Assembly: GCA_038230375.1 (NCBI GenBank)
Contig: JBBRNJ010000031.1
Span: 27,663-91,662 of the forward strand
DNA length: 64,000 nt
DNA from: Polyangiales bacterium
GTDB lineage: Bacteria; Myxococcota_A; Polyangia; Polyangiales; Polyangiaceae
Direction: 5' to 3'
How positions within the stretch are numbered: position 1 is the first letter of the stretch; each line of letters starts with the position of its first letter. The notes beneath the pieces are model-generated. The model made no database searches and was not told the origin of the DNA. It saw only the letters and a list, made by a program, of their open reading frames with translations. Shown piece after piece: positions 8,185 to 17,457 of this stretch. The position numbers and the translations under genes were made by a program.

Positions 8185-9840
8185 ATGTCCCTGCGCGCCC
8201 GCATCGTGATCGCCTCGATCTTGCTCACGGCCACGGCCGCGACGCCTTCGTGCAAGTCGGACAACGCGCAGCCGCAGGCGCCGACCTATCCAGAGAAGGA
8301 CCATGACGCAGAGGCGGCGCGCTTGCTCGGTACGCCGGACTGGTACCGGCACGCGATCTTCTACGAGGTCGACGTGCGCTCCTTCTCGGACTCGAACGGC
8401 GATGGCATCGGAGATCTGAAAGGGCTCCAGAGCCGTCTTTCCTACCTGAAGGAGCTCGGTGTGGATGCGCTGTGGCTCATGCCCGTCATGCCTTCCCCTT
8501 TCAAGGACTCCGGCTACGACGTGGCGGACTACGACGCGATCGCAAAGGAGTATGGCACGCTCGCGGACTTTGACGCGCTCGTGGCCGCAGCGCACGGCCT
8601 GGGCATTCGCGTGTTCATGGACCTTGTCTTGAACCACACCTCGGATGCGCATGCGTGGTTCCAGGATTCGAAGACCAGCAAGACGAACCCACACGCCGAC
8701 TACTACGTGTGGTCGGACACCGCTGGGCGCGCGGACATCGGCTGTGGAACGTACGGCTCGCAGTTCGGCAGCTCGGCGTGGACGCTCGCGCCCGAGCGCA
8801 ACCAGTACTACTTCCACCGGTTCTACCCGGGCCAGCCGGACCTGAACTACAAAAGTCCCGAGGTGGTGAAGGCCACGCTGGATGCAGCCAAATTCTGGAT
8901 GGATCGCAGCGTGGACGGCTTCCGCTGCGACGTCATTGGCCTCCTGGTGGAGACCGCGCAGGGCTGCGACATGGTCCCGGAGACCGTCGCGTACATCAAG
9001 CAGCTGCGCGCGCTGCTCGACGGCTACAAGGACCGCGCGATGGTCGCGGAGAGCACGAACTTCTCCACCACGCTCGCGTACTACGGATCGGGGTCGGACA
9101 TGTTCCACATGGCCTTCGACTTTGGTTACGGCTACCTCTGGGGCGGCGTGATGAAGAGCACGTCTGCGGCAGACGTCGTGAAGCCTTTCCAGAGCGCGGC
9201 CTCGCAGTATCCGAAGGGCTCGCAAGAGGCGCTGGTGATTGGCTCACACGACGTCGCTCGCGCGTACACGTCGGCCAACCGTGTGCAGTCTCGCTGGCAG
9301 CGCGCGGCGCTCTTGCAGCTCACCATGCCGGGCACGCCGTTCATCTACTACGGCGAGGAGCTCGCGCTCCGTCCTGGCACGCAGACCGTGGTGGACGGTC
9401 GTGACACCGCGCGCACGCCCATGCTCTGGGACGCAAGCCCCAACCACGGCTTCTCCACCGTGGCCCCGTGGATCGCCTTCGGCCCCGAGGCAGACAGCAC
9501 GAACGTGGAAGCAGAGCAGAAGGACCCGGATAGCGATTATGGTTTCTACAAACAACTGCTCGCGATGCGGCGTGGGCGCGAGGCATTCGGCACCGGCTCG
9601 CTGAAGATAGTGCCGGCGGATGATCCGAGCGTCCTCTACTTCGAGCGCGCTTCAACGGACGAGACCTATGTGATCGTGATGAGCATGGACGAGGGCGACG
9701 CGCACACGGCCACGATCTCCGGCGTTGAGCTACCAGGGGATGCGCAGCGGCTGCTGGGCAATGCGACCCTCACGCGCACCGGTGCAGACGCCACTATCGC
9801 CGTCGCGGCGGCGAGCTACGGCGTCTTCCGCGTGCGCTGA
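8185..9840 (+). CDS. GH13 alpha-amylase family glycosidase (oligo-glucosidase/TreS-like), lipoprotein
   Basis: DSNGDGIGDL, DLVLNHTSD, QPDLN, DGFRCD (nucleophile), VAE, SHD, YYGEE; signal peptide ending in Cys; true start ATG 8185. Confidence 0.9.
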   Translation: MSLRARIVIASILLTATAATPSCKSDNAQPQAPTYPEKDHDAEAARLLGTPDWYRHAIFYEVDVRSFSDSNGDGIGDLKGLQSRLSYLKELGVDALWLMPVMPSPFKDSGYDVADYDAIAKEYGTLADFDALVAAAHGLGIRVFMDLVLNHTSDAHAWFQDSKTSKTNPHADYYVWSDTAGRADIGCGTYGSQFGSSAWTLAPERNQYYFHRFYPGQPDLNYKSPEVVKATLDAAKFWMDRSVDGFRCDVIGLLVETAQGCDMVPETVAYIKQLRALLDGYKDRAMVAESTNFSTTLAYYGSGSDMFHMAFDFGYGYLWGGVMKSTSAADVVKPFQSAASQYPKGSQEALVIGSHDVARAYTSANRVQSRWQRAALLQLTMPGTPFIYYGEELALRPGTQTVVDGRDTARTPMLWDASPNHGFSTVAPWIAFGPEADSTNVEAEQKDPDSDYGFYKQLLAMRRGREAFGTGSLKIVPADDPSVLYFERASTDETYVIVMSMDEGDAHTATISGVELPGDAQRLLGNATLTRTGADATIAVAAASYGVFRVR

Positions 9841-9888
9841 TGGCGGCGAGTAGGGACCACGCTCCAGAAGGAGTATAGTTTGCTCGTC

Positions 9889-10368
9889 ATGCGCTGCCTC
9901 GGGATGCTCGTTGCTCTGCAGGTCGCGCTCTTGGTCGCGTGCGAGCCATCGACTCATCGGGAGGACGTGAAGGAGCCAGCGCTCTCCGCCGCCAGGCCGC
10001 AGCCGCCGCCACCGCCGACAGCTGCACCCACGGCGCAGCCGCCAACGCCACGGCGCACGGCCGATCTCCCACCCTCCGACGCGGGGCCCGCGGTCGACAC
10101 GCGACCGACCCGTCCCGACGCGGACGTCGTGCGCGACATCGAACGCACCATCCGCGAGAACGGCGTCCTCACCGCGCAAGGCGCGACGGTGCACGTGACG
10201 TGCGACAAGGGTGAGGTCACGCTACGCGGCGTGGTCAAGGACGAGGCCGCTCGCAGCTCGGTGAACTCCATGGTCCGCAAGACGCCCGGTGTGCTGCGTA
10301 TCAACGATCTGCTGAAGGCGACCGACCCACACCCGACGGACTGGAACCCAGACGACCCGAAGTACTGA
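9889..10368 (+). CDS. BON domain lipoprotein
   Basis: Lipobox LVAC; Pro-rich linker; V.V...GEVTLRGVV...PGVLRINDLL. Confidence 0.85.
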   Translation: MRCLGMLVALQVALLVACEPSTHREDVKEPALSAARPQPPPPPTAAPTAQPPTPRRTADLPPSDAGPAVDTRPTRPDADVVRDIERTIRENGVLTAQGATVHVTCDKGEVTLRGVVKDEAARSSVNSMVRKTPGVLRINDLLKATDPHPTDWNPDDPKY

Positions 10369-10389
10369 GGTCTCGCTGCTCCAGAGGCC

Positions 10390-11541
10390 TCAGCCTGCGT
10401 CGGGGTCTGTGCCTGCGTCCACCACGGGCGGCGCGAACGGCGTGGACGCGAGGTAGTCCTTGTCGAAGGTCTGGGTCATCTGCAAGAGCGCGGCTGCATC
10501 GTCGATGATGAGACCGATCTCGCGGTTCTTGCTGAGCGACGTGTAGCTCACGTTCTCGGAGCCCAGGTACGCGTGCGTGTCGTCCACGACGATCGACTTC
10601 ACGTGGACCTTGGGTGAAAGCAGGTACCGCGCGACGATGCCGTTCTGCGCAAGGTCCGCGGCAATGCTGGTGTTCGCGCTGACGAAGCCTGGGTCCGCGA
10701 GCACGATCTGCACGTCGATACCGGCCTTCTTCTGCGCGAGGACCGCGTCGTGAACGGCGCGGTCGTCGAACTGCATCGACTCGATGCGCAGGGTGGTCTT
10801 CGCGGACTTGATGAGCGCAAGGAGCCGGTCGCGCGAGTTCACGGGCGACACCACCAGACGCGTGCAGCTCAGGTCTGGCGAGCCCTGTGTGAAGTCGGCA
10901 TCGAACAGCGAAGTGAGGTCCGACACGTCCTGCGGGTCCGCCACGCGCGCCACGTAGTTCCGCTCTGAAAGCAGGAAGGACTTGCCGTAGTTGCCCGTCG
11001 ACACGGCGGCAACCTGCTCGTCCACGATGATGGTCTTCGCATGCATGTACGAGAATTTCGGATCGCTCCACTGGAACTTCGCGCCGGCGGCGACCAGCGT
11101 TGCGCGGTACTTGTCGTTCACCGTCCGCTGCGTGTTGCCGTCCAGGATGACGCGCACGTCCAGGCCGGCCTTCGCCTGCGCGGTCAGGGTGTCGAGCACC
11201 GCGCCGTACCCCATCTGGTAACCGAACACGCGAACGGATTTCTTCGCGAGGCCGAGCACGTCGGTGTACGCCTTCTCGCCATCGTCGGGGAGCACCGCAA
11301 GCGTCACGGCAGAGGCGCGTGTGTCGGTCGCGTTGCATGCGCTCGCCGGCGCACGCGCATCCGAGCCACCTTCATGCACGGCCACCGCGCCGCCGTCACT
11401 TCCCGTCCCGGTGGCGGGCGATGCATCCGGGTCCAGCGTGTCTTGCCCCGCGCCGCCTCCGTCGTTCGATGCGGAGCAAGCCACGACGAGCAGACCGGCC
11501 CCGAGGAGCGCGAAGACCGAGGCGAATGATGCTGTTTTCAC
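10390..11541 (-). CDS. Phospholipase D family lipoprotein
   Basis: Two HKD motifs (HAKTIIVD..STGN; HVKSIVVD..GSEN); lipobox VVAC; GTG start at 11541. Confidence 0.9.
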   Translation of the reverse strand: MKTASFASVFALLGAGLLVVACSASNDGGGAGQDTLDPDASPATGTGSDGGAVAVHEGGSDARAPASACNATDTRASAVTLAVLPDDGEKAYTDVLGLAKKSVRVFGYQMGYGAVLDTLTAQAKAGLDVRVILDGNTQRTVNDKYRATLVAAGAKFQWSDPKFSYMHAKTIIVDEQVAAVSTGNYGKSFLLSERNYVARVADPQDVSDLTSLFDADFTQGSPDLSCTRLVVSPVNSRDRLLALIKSAKTTLRIESMQFDDRAVHDAVLAQKKAGIDVQIVLADPGFVSANTSIAADLAQNGIVARYLLSPKVHVKSIVVDDTHAYLGSENVSYTSLSKNREIGLIIDDAAALLQMTQTFDKDYLASTPFAPPVVDAGTDPDAG

Positions 11542-11624
11542 GACGCGGACTCTGACCGCCGCCCACTCCCGCGGCACGTGAGAAAACGTTAAAGTCTTCG
11601 GGAGGCCCAAGAACCCGCGGAAAA

Positions 11625-13286
11625 CTAGCCACCGACGACGCGTACCGGTACCCGCGGGTCCAGGAAGTAGCCGTGATCGCCCGTGACGAGCGCGTGGCCG
11701 ATGCCCAGCTTTCGCAGCTGAAAGAGCGCGTTGCGAACACGCGCGAACGCCGCATCGGGCTGGATGCGCTCCTCGGGCCACCCCGCGGCAAGGACGCGCT
11801 CCCACGCCACACCCACGCCCGGCGCGCGCTGCCGCTCCGCCAGCAACAATGCGAGGGTCTTCCGCAGCGCGGTCTTGCGCTGCAGGTCCACGCGCTCACC
11901 AGCCTCCGACACGAAGAAGGCGGCGTCCGCCGCGATCTGCAGCTCGGTCACACGCGCGCCGATCGCCGCAGCCAGGAGCTTGCCCGCCCGCCTCACCCGG
12001 CTGCCCTTCGCGCGCGGCGCCGGCAGCTTCGCCTTGGCCGCGGACGCGTCCATCTTTCCGCGGAGCACGGCGTCCCTCACCGAAAGGATCGCGAGGGCCT
12101 CCTTCGTGCACGGATCTTCGATGGCGATGCGCGCTGCGTCCGCGCCGCGACCGGCGAGCGCGAGCATCCAGGCCTCGTGCTCCGATTCGACGGTGCCGCG
12201 CCCGAGCGACAGCGCGCGCAAAAGGGCCGTCGCCGCGAGCGCATGCTCACCAAGGTCCTCGTGGTGGTACGAGAGGTAGAGGCGCGTCATCGCCTCATGG
12301 CGTGGGCTCTTCGCCTCCTCGTTCAGCGCCAGGGCCTGCGCCAGGAACGCGCCGGACTCCTCCAGTCGCTCCGCCTCCACCGACAGCGCGCCAAGGAGGG
12401 ACAGCGTCACGCCCAGGAGCGCACGATCCGAGACCTCCGTGAAGATCGCGGCGGCCGCCTCCAGATGCTCGCGCGCCAGCTCCAGCTCGAGTCGCTCGTG
12501 CGCGACGTAGCCAAGATGCATGTATTCTGCACCTACAAGCCGCGCGTTCCCCATCTCGCGATGAATGACGAGCGCTGCCTCGTGTGCCCGGCGCGCCTCT
12601 GCGAACAGCCCGAGTCTGTGCAACGTCACGCCCAGGTACGAGAGCTCCACGCCCTCTTCGCGCCTGGACCGCAGGTCGCGATGAGCAGCGACAGCCCTCT
12701 CGTGACGCACCCGCGCCTCGCGAAGACGTCCGAGCCCGACCAGCGCGACGCCCACCTCTCCCTCCGCAAGCGCGAGATGCGCGCGGTCGTCTAGCTCCGC
12801 GAACAGCTTCACCGCGGCCTCCTTGTGCGCCAGTGCCTCCTCCGGACGACCTTGCGCACGCGCCACGCTTCCCAGATGACGGTGCGCCTCTGCGCGGGCG
12901 TGCGGGTCCCTCTCGGCATCGCGGATGACGTCGGTCAGCTCACGTGCTGCTGCCGCAAGCTTGCCCGCGTTGCGGAGCGCTTCACCGCGGCGGAGGCGTG
13001 CGCGCAGCTCGAGCTCCGCGGCGTCGGTGTCACGCAGCAGCAAGAGCATCGCGTAGAGCTCGGGCAGCGGCGTGTCCTTCGCGCGGGCCGCCGCGAGCTG
13101 GATGCCCACGCGCTCGAGCGAGCACAGCTCCACGATCTGGGTGATCGCATCGCGGTCACGCTTCGCATCAACGGTGGCGCCCAGGTCCGATGCCCGCGCG
13201 ATGAACAACCGGACCGCCTCGTCGCGCGTCAGGGAATTTGCGGGGACGGGCGCATTCTTGGTGCGTCGGGGGCTCGGCTTTGCCAA
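11625..13286 (-). CDS. TPR protein with a C-terminal winged-helix domain and a residual NB-ARC helical segment
   Basis: EAVRLF..IQLAAAR, multiple TPRs, C-terminal AGWPEERI..RVRNALFQLRKLG..GYFLDP; start uncertain (TTG 13286 assumed). Confidence 0.75.
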   Translation of the reverse strand: MAKPSPRRTKNAPVPANSLTRDEAVRLFIARASDLGATVDAKRDRDAITQIVELCSLERVGIQLAAARAKDTPLPELYAMLLLLRDTDAAELELRARLRRGEALRNAGKLAAAARELTDVIRDAERDPHARAEAHRHLGSVARAQGRPEEALAHKEAAVKLFAELDDRAHLALAEGEVGVALVGLGRLREARVRHERAVAAHRDLRSRREEGVELSYLGVTLHRLGLFAEARRAHEAALVIHREMGNARLVGAEYMHLGYVAHERLELELAREHLEAAAAIFTEVSDRALLGVTLSLLGALSVEAERLEESGAFLAQALALNEEAKSPRHEAMTRLYLSYHHEDLGEHALAATALLRALSLGRGTVESEHEAWMLALAGRGADAARIAIEDPCTKEALAILSVRDAVLRGKMDASAAKAKLPAPRAKGSRVRRAGKLLAAAIGARVTELQIAADAAFFVSEAGERVDLQRKTALRKTLALLLAERQRAPGVGVAWERVLAAGWPEERIQPDAAFARVRNALFQLRKLGIGHALVTGDHGYFLDPRVPVRVVGG

Positions 13287-13313
13287 CGCGTCGATCCTAG
13301 CCGATGATGGGGC

Positions 13314-14360
13314 GTGATCGAATACCGACCCCACCTGGTCCGTCCATCGTGCGTGCTCGCACCCAGAAGCCGCCCTGCGCTCGTATCGCCCCTCGTTCTC
13401 ATGCTCGCGATCGTGCTGGCCCTTTCGTGCGGGGCCTCGTGCGGTGGTTCTTCGCAGCGGTCCGTGGTGGCACCGGTGGCCACCGATGCGGCCTGGATCC
13501 CGCAATTTCTGGGCGGTCCCGCAGACGTGACGGTGATGGTGCGCCCGAACGCCATCCACTTCGACGCGTACTGGGGGCCGCTCGTCTCGCGCTTGATGGC
13601 GCACGAGAAGGGCGACGCGTACACGCGGATGTCCGTGCAGCAGCTGGCGTCGGCGCGCCAGATCGACATGTACGTCACGCTGCGCGATCCCCTGCGTCTG
13701 TACGGCGGTCACGGAAAGGGCGCGGACGCCACGGCGATCGGGTGGGTCGCGATCGTCTACGGCATGCCACCGACCGACCCGGCGGGTCTGCGCATGGACC
13801 ACGGCCAGCCCGTGTTCGCGGCGCCGATCCGGTTGCCCTCGGGCGTGCTGATGTTCAACGGAGATGGGAACCTTGCGAGCGAGTCGTCGGGCCTCTCGCC
13901 CACGCTGTTCTTCACCGCGGATGGCGCGTGGATCGCGACCGATCAAGTCTCAGCACCGCACGTGCGCGACTTCTTGAGCCGCACCCCCAACGCGCCACCG
14001 CAGCTCTCCACCGCGACCGACGGTCTTGCGGGGATCACGATGAGCGTGACGAGCATGAAGTTCGTGGACTCCGGCAAGAACGCGAACTCCGCCATGATGG
14101 CGGGCGCAGTGGCTGCCGGTCTGGGGCTGCGTGGCGGCGCGAACGGCGCGCTCGAGGGCTACGCCGACTACGCGAGCTCCGCCGACGCGGACCGCGCCCT
14201 CAAATCGTTCGAGGCGGAGTGCGCCGCGAAGCCGAACGAGTGCTCCATCCAGCCAGGATTCTTCAAGGAGGCGAAGGCCGAGAAGGACGACAAGCGGCTG
14301 CTCGTGACGCTCGCATTCAGCGACGCGCTGCTCCGCTCAATCAAGAACTACGACCCTTAG
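13314..14360 (+). CDS. Hypothetical exported protein or lipoprotein
   Basis: Hydrophobic stretch followed by LSCGASC; coding-like codon usage; start may be ATG 13401. Confidence 0.75.
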   Translation: MIEYRPHLVRPSCVLAPRSRPALVSPLVLMLAIVLALSCGASCGGSSQRSVVAPVATDAAWIPQFLGGPADVTVMVRPNAIHFDAYWGPLVSRLMAHEKGDAYTRMSVQQLASARQIDMYVTLRDPLRLYGGHGKGADATAIGWVAIVYGMPPTDPAGLRMDHGQPVFAAPIRLPSGVLMFNGDGNLASESSGLSPTLFFTADGAWIATDQVSAPHVRDFLSRTPNAPPQLSTATDGLAGITMSVTSMKFVDSGKNANSAMMAGAVAAGLGLRGGANGALEGYADYASSADADRALKSFEAECAAKPNECSIQPGFFKEAKAEKDDKRLLVTLAFSDALLRSIKNYDP

Positions 14361-14503
14361 AAGGCCGGCGTTTTTCGCCGATCCCTTCGGGCTGGGCGCG
14401 CTTTTCGTTCCGGTGCGTGCTCACGACCGAGAGGTCGTTCCGCGCGCTCCTCACGAGAAAGCGCACCCAGCCCTCGGTCTCGACGAAAACCGTCCGGCCT
14501 TCT
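14359..14503. repeat. Long imperfect inverted repeat (about 145 nt) between convergent genes
   Basis: AGAAGGCCGG/CCGGCCTTCT outer arms; GGGCTGGGCGCGCTTTTCGT/ACGAGAAAGCGCACCCAGCCC inner arms; ACGACC-GAGA-GGTCGT apex. Confidence 0.8.
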
Positions 14504-14538
14504 CGTGTGATGGTTTTACGATCAGGATGGTTTTACGA

Positions 14539-15807
14539 TCAGGAACTGCGGGCGGCTTGGCGGCGGGCCCTCGCGGCGAACCACGCACCGGAGAGCGCGA
14601 AGAAGAACGCGAAGAGAGCGCCCGCACCCACTCGACCGTCGCTCGGGCCCGTGTTGCAGCCGCTGGTGGTGGTCGGGGAATCCGCGAACACGGCGCCAGC
14701 GTCTGCGTCTCCGGCGTCCGGGGCGCCGGCGTTGTCGGTCACGCTCGTGACCACCGTGAAGGAGCCGCGATCGCCCGTGGCGTCAGCGAACGCGGGGGCG
14801 AGGGACGCGGCGACGGGCTCGAACGCTGCCTCGATCGCCGCAACGTCCGTGTCCTTCGTGCCCTTCGCGAGCATGAGGACGATGCCTAGCGTGAGCGGGC
14901 CCGTGGCCTTCGCAGGCACGCGCGTACCATTCGTGGCGATCACGTCCTGGATGGTGATCGTCTTGCGCGAGGCCGTGACCGTGAGTGGCGCAGAGCCGAA
15001 CCACGGAAACGTCTGCTGCGTGATGGGGCCGCCTTGCAGTTGATCCATCTGGCCGGTCGTCACCATCGCTCCCTCGAGCACGCCGAACGGTGGCACCTCA
15101 CTCGCGTCGGCAAGGCCCATCACGTAGAGATCCAGCATGGAGTAGTGCACGGTGCTCGGCGCCTGACCGCTGGCCGTGAACGTCCCGTCGCCGTTGTCCT
15201 TCCACGCGTTGCCGCCCGCGGGTGAGCCCTTCGCGTCCATCCAGAACGACCAGTGGAACGGGAAGCCGATGAGCTCGTCCTTTGTCGGTGCTGCCCCGCC
15301 ATCCGCGGCGCCGCCGTCCGTCACGGGAATGCGCAGCGCGGGTCCCCACACGTGCGTGAGCTCGAGGAGGAACAGGTAGCGTGCGAAGCCAGCCGGGGGT
15401 GCGCCTTGCCGCTTCGCGCGGGCGTCGAGCTCGGTGAAGTCGTTGTGGAGCAGGATCGCGCGCACGGGTGACGCGAAGGAGGTCTTGAGCGTCCCGTCGC
15501 CGCCGTACTCGTTGTCCAGGCCGATGCCGGTCACGTCGTTCGCGAGCGGATCGAAGAGCGTCTCGATGGCGTTCCCGTCCATCTTGAAATTCGTCCACAC
15601 GCTGATGACATCCGGTCGCTTCGCGCCGCTTGCGTCGTATTGCTTCAGTACCTCGTGCGTGATCGGATCGGTGCTCGAGATCTTGGCGGCGAGCGAGCCG
15701 TCGTCCATGAGGGTGACGAAGGAGCGTGCCTCCGCGCTGGCCGCCACGAAGGTGAAGGCCACGGCGGCTGCGGAACCAAGAAGCGTGCGGCGTGAAGCGT
15801 GATGCAT
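14539..15807 (-). CDS. Secreted zincin-like protein with a MYXO-CTERM-like tail
   Basis: SRRTLL signal plus AEA cleavage site; LELTHVW..FHWS..YSMLDLYVMG; C-terminal SGC-TM-RARR. Confidence 0.75.
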   Translation of the reverse strand: MHHASRRTLLGSAAAVAFTFVAASAEARSFVTLMDDGSLAAKISSTDPITHEVLKQYDASGAKRPDVISVWTNFKMDGNAIETLFDPLANDVTGIGLDNEYGGDGTLKTSFASPVRAILLHNDFTELDARAKRQGAPPAGFARYLFLLELTHVWGPALRIPVTDGGAADGGAAPTKDELIGFPFHWSFWMDAKGSPAGGNAWKDNGDGTFTASGQAPSTVHYSMLDLYVMGLADASEVPPFGVLEGAMVTTGQMDQLQGGPITQQTFPWFGSAPLTVTASRKTITIQDVIATNGTRVPAKATGPLTLGIVLMLAKGTKDTDVAAIEAAFEPVAASLAPAFADATGDRGSFTVVTSVTDNAGAPDAGDADAGAVFADSPTTTSGCNTGPSDGRVGAGALFAFFFALSGAWFAARARRQAARSS

Positions 15808-15897
15808 GCCGTGTACGTACGTCGGCGCGGCTCACTGCGACAATTAATCCACGGCCCCGAGCCATTAATCCCAGCGGGCTGCGGCCGTGCCCCGCCT

Positions 15898-17457
15898 ATG
15901 CTCCGGCGCATGCCCCGGCGCGCCCCTCGATCTGTGCTGTTTTTTGCGCTCCTCGCGGCCGTGGCGGCCTGTGGCTCTCCCGCTCAGCCTGTCGTGGCAC
16001 CGGCCTCCGTGGAGGTCCCAGGAGCGCCCACGAAGGCCGCGCCCACCCTCTGCGATGCCACGCCGCGCATCCTTGGCGAGCTCACGGAGGCGCTGGAGCT
16101 CACCGTGTACGTGGCGCGCGGCACGCCGGCGCTCGAGACGTTCGCGAAGGACCTGGAGACGCTGCTCTCCAACATGGCGGCGTCCACCAAGAAGGGCCGC
16201 GTGTCGTTCCGCATCATCCCGACCAGCAACGACGCAGGCAAGGCCGCGGCCAAGGACGCGGGTCTGGTGATACAGACGTTTGGCGAGGCCGTGAAGGACG
16301 ATACGGCGCTCATCACGCGCGCCTACTCCGGTGTGGTGCTTCGCTACGCCGGTCAGACGGATCTCATCAAGTACCTGCCACCCGACGGCATCGACGGCGT
16401 GGAGCTCTGGCTGGACACCAAGATCCGCGAGCTCCATGCGAAGGCAACGAACACCACGTTCCACATAGGCCTCGTGACGGGACATCACGAGCGGAGCCTT
16501 GCCGGCGAGAAGCTCGCGCCGGGTGCCCGCTTCAGCATGCTGTCGCTCTTCACGGAGCACTTTCCGTTGTATCGCCTGGAGCCAGTGGACCTGACCAAGG
16601 GCGACGTGGACGCTGCGTTCGACGGCCTCATCCTCACCCAGCCCGAGGACGATCTGGACGACGCGTCCCTTGCGCGCCTCGACGCGTTCGTCATGCGCGG
16701 CCGCGCGCTGGTCGTGGTCGCGAGCGCGGCGAACATGAAGGAGGGCGATCCGGCAATGACCGTGACGCTCGGCACGCACCGCTTGAACAGGCTGCTGATG
16801 GGCTATGGCGTCGAGCTTCACGAGGACATCGTGCTGGACCTTGGCAAGTCGTGGTCCGCAACGACGACCACGGGGACGGCGCGTTTCCCGTACATTCCGC
16901 TGCTCTCCGGCGACGACAGCAGCACGCGCTCCACCGCGATGCAGACGCGCGCGTCCGTCTTCCTCCGCGCGACCGACGTCGCGTTCCCGTTCGCGTCGTC
17001 CCTCACCCTTGATCCGACGAAGCAACCCGCTGCCACGTTCACCACGCTTGCCACGAGCAGCGACCAGACGATCCGCTCGCGAACGAGCGGACCGATGTGG
17101 CCGAAGACGTCCTTCGACAAGGGCCAGGCGGGACCTGCGGTCGTGGCCGTGCAGGTGGAGGGGCCACTGACCTCCGCGTTCGGCAAGGGCAAGAGCCAGG
17201 GCCGTGGGCGCGTGTTGGTGCTCGCGTCATCGTGGGCGTTCGCGAATCCGTTCTGGTCGGCGAACGCGAGCGGGGACGCAGTCCTGCCTGGCGCGCAGGA
17301 CTCGGCGCTCGCAGCGCTCGGTACGCCGTATGCGCAGACGCAGATGGTGCAGGACATCCTCACCATGAAGAACACGCTCGACTGGGCCTCGGATGGAGAC
17401 CTTGCTCGATGCGCGCCTCAGACGCGCAGCACGGGGACGTCGGGCGACAAGCGATAG
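15898..17457 (+). CDS. GldG-like (ABC-type auxiliary) domain lipoprotein
   Basis: Lipobox VAAC; IGLVTGHHE, LDAFVMRG, LNRLLMGYGV..DIVLD, FPFASSL, GRVLVLASS, NTLDW. Confidence 0.8.
   Translation: MLRRMPRRAPRSVLFFALLAAVAACGSPAQPVVAPASVEVPGAPTKAAPTLCDATPRILGELTEALELTVYVARGTPALETFAKDLETLLSNMAASTKKGRVSFRIIPTSNDAGKAAAKDAGLVIQTFGEAVKDDTALITRAYSGVVLRYAGQTDLIKYLPPDGIDGVELWLDTKIRELHAKATNTTFHIGLVTGHHERSLAGEKLAPGARFSMLSLFTEHFPLYRLEPVDLTKGDVDAAFDGLILTQPEDDLDDASLARLDAFVMRGRALVVVASAANMKEGDPAMTVTLGTHRLNRLLMGYGVELHEDIVLDLGKSWSATTTTGTARFPYIPLLSGDDSSTRSTAMQTRASVFLRATDVAFPFASSLTLDPTKQPAATFTTLATSSDQTIRSRTSGPMWPKTSFDKGQAGPAVVAVQVEGPLTSAFGKGKSQGRGRVLVLASSWAFANPFWSANASGDAVLPGAQDSALAALGTPYAQTQMVQDILTMKNTLDWASDGDLARCAPQTRSTGTSGDKR

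Noticed and set aside
10390..11541. PLD as a defence nuclease
   Set aside because: It has a lipoprotein signal and two HKD motifs, which fits an exported phospholipase; no helicase or methylase neighbours
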